From positions 23,168-69,202 of the forward strand of contig JAOPTX010000004.1 in assembly GCA_051532055.1 (NCBI GenBank): a stretch of DNA of 46,035 nucleotides. The letters are read 5' to 3'. A program made the translations under genes and the position numbers. The stretch's first letter is position 1; every line of letters starts with the position of its first letter. Positions 9,392-20,669 of the stretch are shown piece by piece. Under the pieces are notes generated by a model, which was not told where the DNA came from, made no database searches, and was given only the letters and a program-made list of their open reading frames with translations. The DNA is from Fibrobacterales bacterium (GTDB lineage Bacteria > Fibrobacterota > Fibrobacteria > Fibrobacterales > JAOPTW01).

Positions 9392-10825
9392 ATGGCGGGT
9401 TGGACCAATCCATTAGAGTTGCTTCACGAAGAGCTTCGGCAACGGCGTGATGAAGGGTGTGTTATACCTGAAGACCTCGAAAAAGCCATTAATACACTCT
9501 CTCGTGAGACTGATCAATGGAATAGTGATGCGGTTTCACCCCTCTATGATGCCATTATGGCGCTTAATGACGATCAAAAGCTCTCGGATCGTGAACCCAA
9601 TGATTTAGAATGTATTAAAGCTTTGCGTCCTGATGGGCCTCGTAATCTTCATTGGAGCCCGACCCAAGAAGAAGCTCTCGATAAATTTCATGGTGCCTGG
9701 ACTGGTCGTGCTGTTGGCTGTGCATTAGGTAAACCTATTGAAGGTGTTGGCTTTGGTGTCTATAATGGGGCTTTTACGGGCCGTAAAGATATCAAGCGTC
9801 TTTTACATAGACAAAATGAATGGCCCCTTAATGATTACATTTCGGGGAAGGGGGCCGAAGAAGAATCTCTAGAACTTTGGTGTCCGGCATCACAAAGGGA
9901 ACATATAGCATATATGGAGCCTGATGATGATATTCACTATTCACTCGTGGGCTTGGGAGTCATTGAAACCTTTGGGCCCAATTTCACTTGGAATTCAGTT
10001 GCTCAGTATTGGTCAGAGCATTTGCCGTATAGTGCAATTTGTACCGCAGAGACTCAAGGAATATTAAACTATTGGAATAAAACCAACCGACTTACTTGGG
10101 ATACGGTTGCAACTGCGGAATATACGCGTCGATACCGTAATCCGTATCGTGAATGGATTGGAGCACAAATTAGAGCTGATGGGTTTGCCTGGTGTGCAGC
10201 GGGTAATCCAGAACTTGCTGCAGAATTTGCATGGCGTGATGCGCATTGGACTCATGAACGTAATGGCATATATGGTGAAATGTTTTTTGCTGCTATGCAG
10301 GCTGCGGCATTTGTTGAGGGTGATTGGAAAAAACTTGTATCTATCGGGCTTAGTGAAATTCCGAAAGAGTGTCGGCTTGCATTGGCGATACAAGAATTAC
10401 TTGAATGGATTGATCAGTATGATAATTGGGAAATACTGATGGAACGTGTGGAAGATACCTATAAAGGAATGAGTCCAGTACACACCATCAATAATGCCCT
10501 TGTGTGTATTGTGGGGATGGCATATAGTAATTTAGAGCCGCATAGTGCTCTTTGTACAACTGTAGCGGCTGGTCTTGATACGGATTGTAATGGTGCGACG
10601 GTGGGTAATATCGCAGGAGCGGTTCATGGGAGGGCGTCTTTTAATTCTCCGTTGGTTGCACAATTAAATGATACGATAAAACCGAGTATGATTGGATTTG
10701 AAACGGTGACTATGCGCACACTCGCCGAGAGGACGTATCAGCAGTGGAGTCGGGTCAAAGAGTGGTACAGTAAAGGACGAAGTTCTATGGAGACTACTCA
10801 CGCTACCCGTAAAGAATGGGTGTAA
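9392..10825 (+). CDS. ADP-ribosylglycohydrolase (DraG/ARH) family protein
   Basis: GAW.GRA.GCALG.P.E, DDDIHY, IGAQIRAD and DTDCNGAT metal-binding motifs. Confidence 0.88.
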   Translation: MAGWTNPLELLHEELRQRRDEGCVIPEDLEKAINTLSRETDQWNSDAVSPLYDAIMALNDDQKLSDREPNDLECIKALRPDGPRNLHWSPTQEEALDKFHGAWTGRAVGCALGKPIEGVGFGVYNGAFTGRKDIKRLLHRQNEWPLNDYISGKGAEEESLELWCPASQREHIAYMEPDDDIHYSLVGLGVIETFGPNFTWNSVAQYWSEHLPYSAICTAETQGILNYWNKTNRLTWDTVATAEYTRRYRNPYREWIGAQIRADGFAWCAAGNPELAAEFAWRDAHWTHERNGIYGEMFFAAMQAAAFVEGDWKKLVSIGLSEIPKECRLALAIQELLEWIDQYDNWEILMERVEDTYKGMSPVHTINNALVCIVGMAYSNLEPHSALCTTVAAGLDTDCNGATVGNIAGAVHGRASFNSPLVAQLNDTIKPSMIGFETVTMRTLAERTYQQWSRVKEWYSKGRSSMETTHATRKEWV

Positions 10826-11101
10826 TCGCTTTTCTTGAGTGCCATTTGTAAACTCCTCTCGTGCTTTTTTTGAGGGAGCTGAAAGGAGAGTGGCTTTACG
10901 TGTATGAGACACTTTGTGGAATCGTTGTATGTAATTTTTTACATGAAATGCTGTTTAAATGTCTGTGAAAAATGCTATCTAGTGTGGTCTGGGACATATT
11001 GGATGTTCTACGAGTTGAGTGGGTTAATTGGTTACAATGATATAGAGTGAAATATCTTTGTGCCAGTCAAACAGGTTCAGATTTTGTAGATACACGAGGG
11101 C

Positions 11102-11938
11102 ATGAAAAAACAACATCTAAACATATATGAGTATACTGAATATCGAAAGTATTTAAATGACTATTACGATATTCAAAAAGAGAACAATCCCGTTTTTTCT
11201 CATCGTTATTTTATGCAAAAAGCAGGCTACAACTCTTTAGGGCTTTTTGCAGGTATTTTAAAAGGTACCAGTAACCTTTCTCAAAAAATGGTGCCCAAAT
11301 TTGCGAAGGCAATAAAGCTCACGAAGCACGAACAAGAGTATCTCAGTCTTATGGTACATGTGGATAATGCGAAAACTGAAAAAATGAGGACCGAGCGCCT
11401 CGAACGTCTCATTGCATTTATACCCGTAAAAAAACATAAGACCCTTCAGCAATATCAAAAACTATATTACAAGCACTGGTATAATGTAGCCATTCGTGAA
11501 TCACTCTGTATTTTAGATGTGGACGATAGTAATCTTAATGAAATTGCTCAGTTTCTCAATCCAGCTATCAAACTGTCTGAGGTCACACAAGCGTTAGATA
11601 CTCTCTACCAACTTGGACTTATAGAAAAAAATGAATTAGGCTTTTGGAAGGCGAGTGACCCATTGATACGCTCGGGGAGTGAAGTAGGGCCCGCAGTCAT
11701 TCAAAATTATCAAGTAAATATGATGCGTATGGGAGAGCGGTCTATCACGAGTATTCCGCGAGAAGATCGTTCAATTTCATCACTGACCTTTGGGATTTCA
11801 AAAGATAGGTACGAACTTTTTTTAGAGAAGTTAAATAAGTTGAAAGAAGAGATGTTTGACAAAATTGAGACTGATAGTGACGAAGAGTATGTCTATCAAT
11901 TCAACATGCAGTTTTTTCCATTAACACAAAAAAAATAA
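11102..11938 (+). CDS. TIGR02147 (DUF4423) family protein, putative HTH regulator
   Basis: IYEY.EYR.YL.DYY, FS.R.F...AG, YY.HWY..AIRE, L..LGLI, R.ISSLT and terminal VYQFNMQFFPLT. Confidence 0.88.
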   Translation: MKKQHLNIYEYTEYRKYLNDYYDIQKENNPVFSHRYFMQKAGYNSLGLFAGILKGTSNLSQKMVPKFAKAIKLTKHEQEYLSLMVHVDNAKTEKMRTERLERLIAFIPVKKHKTLQQYQKLYYKHWYNVAIRESLCILDVDDSNLNEIAQFLNPAIKLSEVTQALDTLYQLGLIEKNELGFWKASDPLIRSGSEVGPAVIQNYQVNMMRMGERSITSIPREDRSISSLTFGISKDRYELFLEKLNKLKEEMFDKIETDSDEEYVYQFNMQFFPLTQKK

Positions 11939-11951
11939 TCGAGGGACACCG

Positions 11952-13940
11952 GTGGTATATTTTCTGATTACAAGTATTGTAGGGTTGTTTTTGTTGAACG
12001 CTTGTACAAGCGAACCAGATGCAATTATAAATTCTGGTACAATGACTCAAACGGATAATACGATCTCTGGACAAGTTACGTATCCCGATGGTCTATATGC
12101 ACCTAATGTTGAAGTGACTCTCCGGTCGTCTCGATATACTCCAGACTTTGATAGTGGCTCTACCAATGCACTTCTTAAAATTGCTGCAACTGAGACACCA
12201 CTCGATGATTCTATTACCGTGTGTGATATAATCTGTCGTGATACAACGGATGAAAATGGGAGTTATAGTCTCTTTCAACCTGATACTACATTTACTCTTG
12301 AGTTTAAAGAGTTGTTCCCTAAAGATAGTATTGGGTATTCGCACTTTGTTGATAGCTTGAGCCCAGTTCTGAGAGATCTACATAGAACGGATATGGTAGA
12401 AGAATCTGAGAGACTCGTGATACCCGTTCCAGGCAATGGTGTTGAGACTTTGGTGTGGGTATTGGGTACGGGATATTTTGGTACACAAATTGGTGGTGAT
12501 ACACTCTCCTTTGGACAGATACCTAAGGCTCAGTATGTTATTCTTTTCTTTGTTAATGGGAGCGCTGTGGGCGAAAGCAATGTTCCAACAATACCCTATC
12601 CTTTGGAGTTACCTGAAGACTTACCGAGTAGTAGCTCTGTGGAAGAAAATTCGTTGAGTAGTGAAGAAATTAATGTATCGAGTTCAATTGATGAAATTCA
12701 GGTATCAAGCTCTAGTGAAGCCGAAAGTGGTGGTGGTTCGAGCTCTGGGAATGGTGGTAATGGTAGTGGCGGATTATTATCAAGTAATGATGCAGTCGTT
12801 ATTCCAGTGTTAACACAGTTGCATGTTTCGCAAACGGGTTCAGATGAACTAGGAAATGGTACGAGTGGTAATCCATTCAGGCAGATTCAAAAAGCTCTTT
12901 CTGTTGTTGATACAATGCCTTTAATAGAAGAGATAAGAGTTGCATTGGGGAGTTATAGTAATGCTGGTCAAGGAGACTCTACAATTCGAATACGCAATGG
13001 CGTCCATTTACTTGGTGGATTTGATAATAGTTTTAATCAGCGAGATCTCTCATTTTCAGTCTATAGATCGGTTATTGATAAATACCAGGGGGCTGTCAGT
13101 ACTGACACCTGTGGACATCCATTGATGACAGCAGAAGACATTACAAACTATACAATTGTTGAAGGATTTGTGTTAGAGAATAACAAGGTGTGTGTCTATG
13201 ATGATGATAGTTTTGATAAACATGGAGCGGGAATCCATATTGTAAATTCAAGTGATTCGCTGTATATCGTAAGTAATTATCTGAAATACAATGGTATACA
13301 GCGGCACCACACTAATCCTGGAACGGTATGGATTAAAGGGGGGAATATTGCTTCCTACAACTCAGCTCCAAAAGTACTGGGGAATTATATTGGTTCAGGT
13401 TATTCCCTTTCAGTTATGGATGGAATGGTGTGGTCAATTTATGGTGATTATAATGGAGTAAAAGCTGAGTTTGCCTACAATGAGGGAGACGCTATTCAAG
13501 GTCGTGATGATCATGCAAATTCCTTGGTATATAATAATGTAGTAGGACGTGCGGGTTATATGTGGGTGTCTCCATTGGGATCTGATGATGTATTGTCAAG
13601 TAGTGGATCGTTCCCTTGGGAAACCCTTGATAAGGCAGCTGAAAATCATCTGAATCAATTTGTGTTTGTTGCTGTAGGTGATTATACTGTTGAGTCCTTA
13701 GAAGGAATTAAAGCGAGTGGTTTTTGGGGTGGGTATTCTACAGATTTTAAATATCGATACCGATACCCACTATTGTCAGGAGACTATGATGTTATTGATG
13801 GTGGTGGAGTGAGAATAAATACCGCGGATCCATCACAATTGACAAATTGTACCTATAGTTGGGTAATAGATTCGAATAATGTTAATGATATTTCAGTGTC
13901 CACGGGAGTGAGCTTTATTGGTGGAAAAATTTGTCAGTAA
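11952..13940 (+). CDS. Lipoprotein: Ig-like (carboxypeptidase-regulatory-like) N-terminal region, Ser/Gly linker, DUF1565-like right-handed beta-helix
   Basis: GTG start after GAGGG; lipobox LNAC; HVSQTGSDELGNGTSGNPFRQIQKAL and a second VSP.GSD...PWETL.KA cap motif. Confidence 0.8.
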   Translation: MVYFLITSIVGLFLLNACTSEPDAIINSGTMTQTDNTISGQVTYPDGLYAPNVEVTLRSSRYTPDFDSGSTNALLKIAATETPLDDSITVCDIICRDTTDENGSYSLFQPDTTFTLEFKELFPKDSIGYSHFVDSLSPVLRDLHRTDMVEESERLVIPVPGNGVETLVWVLGTGYFGTQIGGDTLSFGQIPKAQYVILFFVNGSAVGESNVPTIPYPLELPEDLPSSSSVEENSLSSEEINVSSSIDEIQVSSSSEAESGGGSSSGNGGNGSGGLLSSNDAVVIPVLTQLHVSQTGSDELGNGTSGNPFRQIQKALSVVDTMPLIEEIRVALGSYSNAGQGDSTIRIRNGVHLLGGFDNSFNQRDLSFSVYRSVIDKYQGAVSTDTCGHPLMTAEDITNYTIVEGFVLENNKVCVYDDDSFDKHGAGIHIVNSSDSLYIVSNYLKYNGIQRHHTNPGTVWIKGGNIASYNSAPKVLGNYIGSGYSLSVMDGMVWSIYGDYNGVKAEFAYNEGDAIQGRDDHANSLVYNNVVGRAGYMWVSPLGSDDVLSSSGSFPWETLDKAAENHLNQFVFVAVGDYTVESLEGIKASGFWGGYSTDFKYRYRYPLLSGDYDVIDGGGVRINTADPSQLTNCTYSWVIDSNNVNDISVSTGVSFIGGKICQ

Positions 13941-13978
13941 CACAATCTTTCCTTTTGGGTATTGTGTTTATTGTAGTG

Positions 13979-14104
13979 CTATAGGACTACAATCTCATTG
14001 CCACTTAACGCAAGGTAGACCTTTTTTCCTCCGTGTGACCAAGCATAAGTTACATGAAGCACAACTAACATACCGAAGAGCCTAATGTTTGGGAGTAAAC
14101 CCAT
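13979..14104 (-). other. Possible small ORF or gene remnant (41 aa, MGLLPNIRLFGMLVVLHVTYAWSHGGKKVYLALSGNEIVVL)
   Basis: GGAGA 6 nt before the ATG; signal-peptide-like hydrophobic stretch; too short to appear in the ORF track. Confidence 0.3.
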
Positions 14105-14317
14105 AAGGTTTCTCCATTAGTAATGTCGTCCAATGCCATGTAACCTAACCATTCCTCAATACTCCCCCCCCCCTTCACCCATGGTGAACCTTCATTTCCC
14201 CAGTGTGACCGAGCATAAGAAGCAAGTGATGTCGAGAATGAAGAAGAAGCTGGACTGGATGGAGAGTCATCTGAGGTTGCATAGTATTTACCGAAGCCAG
14301 GGAATTAATGTGTTAAT

Positions 14318-14355
14318 AAAAAAAGAGCGCGATACCATTGGTATCACGCTCTTTT
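14318..14355 (-). terminator. Terminator of the CBM6-GH5 gene
   Basis: On the minus strand, AAAAGAGCGTGATACC-AAT-GGTATCGCGCTC followed by a T run. Confidence 0.85.
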
Positions 14356-14378
14356 AGTAAACTATAGAAGTACGGTAT

Positions 14379-17084
14379 TTATGGGTATGATCTTAAGAGG
14401 TCTCTCACCCACACTCCATTCGGAGTTAAATCAGTTGAACTCCAATTACCTAAAGGACTCGCCCAAGGATATACTGACATATTGGTGTCGCCTGTTTTGT
14501 TAAAGGTGGCATAATTGCACCATGATATATGATTGGAATTTAAAAAATCAGTCCAAAGTCTTGACTCGACGAAATCTGGGGCTCCGTTGCTCGATGCATC
14601 TGGGGTTTGCCAGCTTGAAACGAATAGGGGGATATCATTATCTATAGCGTACTGGGCATTATCTCTTAAGTATTGACCATGAGTTCCTGCTGCAAAGTTT
14701 AGAGCGTAGACGACATTAGATACATTGACTGAATTTTGTATCGGTTGGTTAACTTCCTGGTTCCAATTTGGAGTACCAACAATAATGAGATTGTCACTAT
14801 ACTGACGTATTGATGGGCTAATCGCCTCTGTATAGGTTTTAATTTCATTCCATGGAATTTGAGTGGGTTGACCATAAATTTCGAAAATTACATTGTCATA
14901 CTGTCCATAGGTTTGCGCAATTTCAGAAAAGAACGTTTGAGCTTGAGAGAGATAGTCGCCCGCAGCTTGATTGATATGCCAAGTTACAATAACATATATC
15001 CCTTTGTCAATCGCAGCATCGATAATTCTTATTACACTCTCTGTGTTCCCAACAGGGTCCTCAAGGTATCCTCCGGATTCTGTAACGGCCATTTTTGCCC
15101 GTATCATATCACTGTTCCAGTCTGTCTTAAGCCAATTGACAATAGATGCATTGTACCACGCGGCACTCCAGTTTGACCAAAAAAGAGAGGCACCTCTCAG
15201 TTGAGTTGGTTGATGGGTGTTACTACTAATGATGTGTGCACCAGATGTCGAAAGGTCTCCATAGTAGTCTACGGGGGTAAGGCTTGATGGTGGGTTGAGA
15301 AGTGCGTTGCGTATAAAGAGACCATCTTCAGTGAGGTCTGATAATTCCCAGTTGCCTCGTGAAGATGCACTGCTTTTTAATGCAGCATATTCCTTACTTG
15401 AGCTTGAGTAGATAAAGCCATTGACCCAACTGATTCTATTTTGAAACATAAAATCAATCCACCCTTTTGATGCTTGTTCATCAAAATTGTAACCACTGAG
15501 GTCAGTGGTTTTCCATTGAGTAACAAAGAGTGGAACATTGTTATTGAGCGCATAGGTTGCTTTTGCTTTTAAGGAGCCATCATGTGCACCTGCAATAAAA
15601 TTCAAGCTGTAAACTATATTCATATCAGAAACAGTATTCGAAACCACTTCATCAACATTTTGATTCCAGTTAGGCGTTCCCATAATTATGAGATTGTCTG
15701 TATGGGGGCGAATTGATGGAATGATCTGATCTGCGTAGCTTTTAAGACTTGACCAACTGTATTGTGTAGGCTCTGCAGCTATTTCAAAAAATACATTGGG
15801 GTATTGAGAGTAGCGTGCTGCTGCTTCCGCAAAGAATGCTTGTGCTTGAGGGATGTAGTCAAAGAGCTTGTCCGCATGCCATGATATAATTGCATAGCGT
15901 CCTGCTTCAATTGCACCATCAACAACATCAAAGATACGTGCTTTATTTACTGCAGGATCTTCAATATATCCACTGCCAAAATCGACGGCCATATGGGCAC
16001 GGACTACATCAATATTCCAATCATCAGAGAGCCATTGGACAATCTCTCCATTAAAATATTTTCCATGCCAATTACTCCAATAGGTAGAAACGCCGCGCAG
16101 TTGAACGGGGCCATTTTGTCCTTCAATTGCAGAGCCGTTTACGTGGATATGGCCATGTACTTCAACAGGAGTAGGAGCATCAGGGATTCGAATAAAAGTA
16201 ATGTTATCAATGTTAAAATTAGGATTGGAGAGCATGTCTATACGGACTGTATTGAGGCTACCATTGGCAACGGTGACAACACCAGCTTCATAGTCTACCC
16301 AGTTGAATGGACCACCATTATCATCAAGTTTAGTATTGGGAAATGAAACGCCGTTAAATGAATATTGAATTTCATTATTAGAAGACATTGATGCTACTCT
16401 CACATATGCGGTATACTTGCCTGGAGCAAGTGCGACATCAAACTCGAGCCATTCATCTGTGTTAATATATGCAATATGGTAACCGGTTGGGCTTGATTCA
16501 ATCGCTACAGAGCCATTGCGATAGGGCCAGTCTCTGAAAGGGTAAGGTTTATAAAAACGTGCATAATCTTCTGCTTCAATTTGATTTGTTTGTGTGATTT
16601 CAGTAAGTGTAAACCAGTTAAAGTTAAATTCTCGAGCAGTAAATTCTATACGTATCGTATGAGTGCCTGCTTGAGTAACGGTAACGGCGCCACTCGTTTT
16701 GGTGAACCAATCTTGCCAACTTCCTGACTTGTCAAAATCATCAGCGTCTTTTACTTTGTTACCATCAATATAGATGTTGTAACCGTCGTATTTGTCTGAT
16801 GGAGTTGCAAGACGCATGTCGAGCTGATAGACGCCAGGGGATAAGGTGACTTCATATTCAAGCCACTCATTTTTAGCGATCCATCCAACATTATAGCCTC
16901 CTTCTGAGCATGATTGAATATCGACATTGCCGTTTCGGTACGCGCCGCCAGAGTTGCCACTAGTGGCATCGTAGTAATTAGTGTAATCTTCTGCTTCAAT
17001 TTTAATTGAGTTGGAAAGTTGTTGAGCCCATAAGGATGAAAATGACCATAGGGTAATAGATAGAACGAGTATAAATACTCTCAT
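14379..17084 (-). CDS. Secreted CBM6-CBM6-GH5-GH5 protein with degenerate GH5 active sites
   Basis: Signal peptide; two IEAEDY...EWLE CBM6 modules; two GH5_2-like domains (QLRG.S.[YF]WSNW) with IAAEP/FVTQW and IYGQP/FVSSW in place of NEP/xEW. Confidence 0.88.
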   Translation of the reverse strand: MRVFILVLSITLWSFSSLWAQQLSNSIKIEAEDYTNYYDATSGNSGGAYRNGNVDIQSCSEGGYNVGWIAKNEWLEYEVTLSPGVYQLDMRLATPSDKYDGYNIYIDGNKVKDADDFDKSGSWQDWFTKTSGAVTVTQAGTHTIRIEFTAREFNFNWFTLTEITQTNQIEAEDYARFYKPYPFRDWPYRNGSVAIESSPTGYHIAYINTDEWLEFDVALAPGKYTAYVRVASMSSNNEIQYSFNGVSFPNTKLDDNGGPFNWVDYEAGVVTVANGSLNTVRIDMLSNPNFNIDNITFIRIPDAPTPVEVHGHIHVNGSAIEGQNGPVQLRGVSTYWSNWHGKYFNGEIVQWLSDDWNIDVVRAHMAVDFGSGYIEDPAVNKARIFDVVDGAIEAGRYAIISWHADKLFDYIPQAQAFFAEAAARYSQYPNVFFEIAAEPTQYSWSSLKSYADQIIPSIRPHTDNLIIMGTPNWNQNVDEVVSNTVSDMNIVYSLNFIAGAHDGSLKAKATYALNNNVPLFVTQWKTTDLSGYNFDEQASKGWIDFMFQNRISWVNGFIYSSSSKEYAALKSSASSRGNWELSDLTEDGLFIRNALLNPPSSLTPVDYYGDLSTSGAHIISSNTHQPTQLRGASLFWSNWSAAWYNASIVNWLKTDWNSDMIRAKMAVTESGGYLEDPVGNTESVIRIIDAAIDKGIYVIVTWHINQAAGDYLSQAQTFFSEIAQTYGQYDNVIFEIYGQPTQIPWNEIKTYTEAISPSIRQYSDNLIIVGTPNWNQEVNQPIQNSVNVSNVVYALNFAAGTHGQYLRDNAQYAIDNDIPLFVSSWQTPDASSNGAPDFVESRLWTDFLNSNHISWCNYATFNKTGDTNMSVYPWASPLGNWSSTDLTPNGVWVRDLLRSYP

Positions 17085-17224
17085 AAATGTTCCTTTTTAA
17101 AGAATGTGTTTAATTGGTTTGTGTGTCCAAAGCGATAGTAAACTATAATCGCGAAGGCAATTGTAGTTATTTTTTTGAAAATGTATATGACTGTATTTAC
17201 GATGAAGAAAATGTTAACAAAAGT

Positions 17225-19390
<2,166 letters not shown>

Positions 19391-19627
19391 CGAGAGATGT
19401 CCTTGATAAATCTGCGCCCAGAAGCAAAATATATTAAATGTGGGTAGATTACCAATGAACAGGTAATAATGGCCTTTTTTGCACTATAATCTAAGAAATC
19501 CTTACCTTATCAAGATTACATATTTGTCAAATGCGAATCTAAAGGCTCAGCACTCCCTATTAACTACCCCATTCCATCGGGGTAGTTTGTATACTGTAGA
19601 GTGAAAGAGGCACTATATGAGGTGTAT

Positions 19628-20326
19628 ATGAAATTGTTGATACTCACGTTACTTTTACTGGTAACCGTATCACTCTATGCTGATGAAAAAGTTCAAAAAA
19701 CCATAACAATGTCAACGATTGTCCCTGAAGAAGATGCTCTTTATAAAAAAGTAGCATTGTTCATGGAGGCGCTATCCAAAGAGATGGATATACCTATTGT
19801 ATTAGTATCACTCCCCCCCAAGCGGGGAACCTTAGATTTAAGGAATGGAGCTATCGATGGTGAAGTCGCTCGAGTTGCACGTTATAATGAGAAGGTACCT
19901 GGAGCAATAATGGTGCCTGAGCCAGTATCGATAGAGCCGTATCTTGCCTATACTTGGCTTGATTCAATTGCAGTTGATGGTTGGGAGAGTCTTAAGCTTT
20001 ATTCGTTTGTTGAAGTAAGAGGGTACGTATTTGTCGATACCTATATGAATAATTTCAACGTTCATAAGGTGAATAGTATTCGACAGGCATTTGACTACCT
20101 AAAAGTGAAGAGAGCTGAGGTATTTGTGATGAATCGGCAAATAGCAGACACCTATTTAATGAGTTCTGGCTTCGAGCTTGGCAGTATCAGGAAGATTGAA
20201 ACGCCTATAGACGAACTTAAGTTATACAGCTATTTCTCAGCAGGAAATGAATTAATTGCCCAATCATATAATAACGCTCTTATTGCAATCAAAAAGAATG
20301 GGCGATACAACGAAATTTTTAAATAG
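19628..20326 (+). CDS. Orphan periplasmic substrate-binding protein (family 3-like)
   Basis: GAGG RBS before MKLLIL signal peptide; P..R....L..G.IDG and L...R.E motifs; no adjacent permease. Alternative start 19601. Confidence 0.8.
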   Translation: MKLLILTLLLLVTVSLYADEKVQKTITMSTIVPEEDALYKKVALFMEALSKEMDIPIVLVSLPPKRGTLDLRNGAIDGEVARVARYNEKVPGAIMVPEPVSIEPYLAYTWLDSIAVDGWESLKLYSFVEVRGYVFVDTYMNNFNVHKVNSIRQAFDYLKVKRAEVFVMNRQIADTYLMSSGFELGSIRKIETPIDELKLYSYFSAGNELIAQSYNNALIAIKKNGRYNEIFK

Positions 20327-20351
20327 TAATCACTGAAATATGTGTGGGATA

Positions 20352-20458
20352 TAAAAAAACCAGCCGCCAAATGAGAGAGTCATAATCAAAGAAATGGCAG
20401 CTGGTTTTGTTCTTCCAAAGGAAGAAGGATCATCAAAGAGGTATGTTTTCCTCTCTTA
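20352..20458 (-). ncRNA. Candidate small RNA with three hairpins and a U-tail
   Basis: TATATTTG promoter-like box at 20471-20464; hairpins at 20457-20435, 20426-20410 and 20408-20356; ends in U7. Confidence 0.4.
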
Positions 20459-20490
20459 AGTACCAAATATAGTTGAAATGGGGTAGTACA

Positions 20491-20506
20491 TACCTGAATT
20501 CAGGTA
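20491..20506. promoter_or_regulatory. Perfect 16-bp palindrome, candidate transcription factor site
   Basis: TACCTGAATTCAGGTA. Confidence 0.5.
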
Positions 20507-20669
20507 GTCTCTAGAGCTATTTGTGATTTGTTTACAGATACGTTTTAGAATAATGAGTGATTTGAGGGGTTGGGGAACAGAGTGTATGGTATACCCCAAG
20601 AATGGGATTATTGAATATTAATGTTATCTTTCAAATTGGGAAACACACATACGTTATCATAACATACCT

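Noticed and set aside
14033..14219. Direct repeat as a CRISPR array
   Set aside because: Only two 17-bp copies 170 bp apart, and no cas genes.
14133..14357. 74-aa plus-strand ORF as a gene
   Set aside because: No SD, runs through the C10 tract and into the terminator hairpin, and has no motif.
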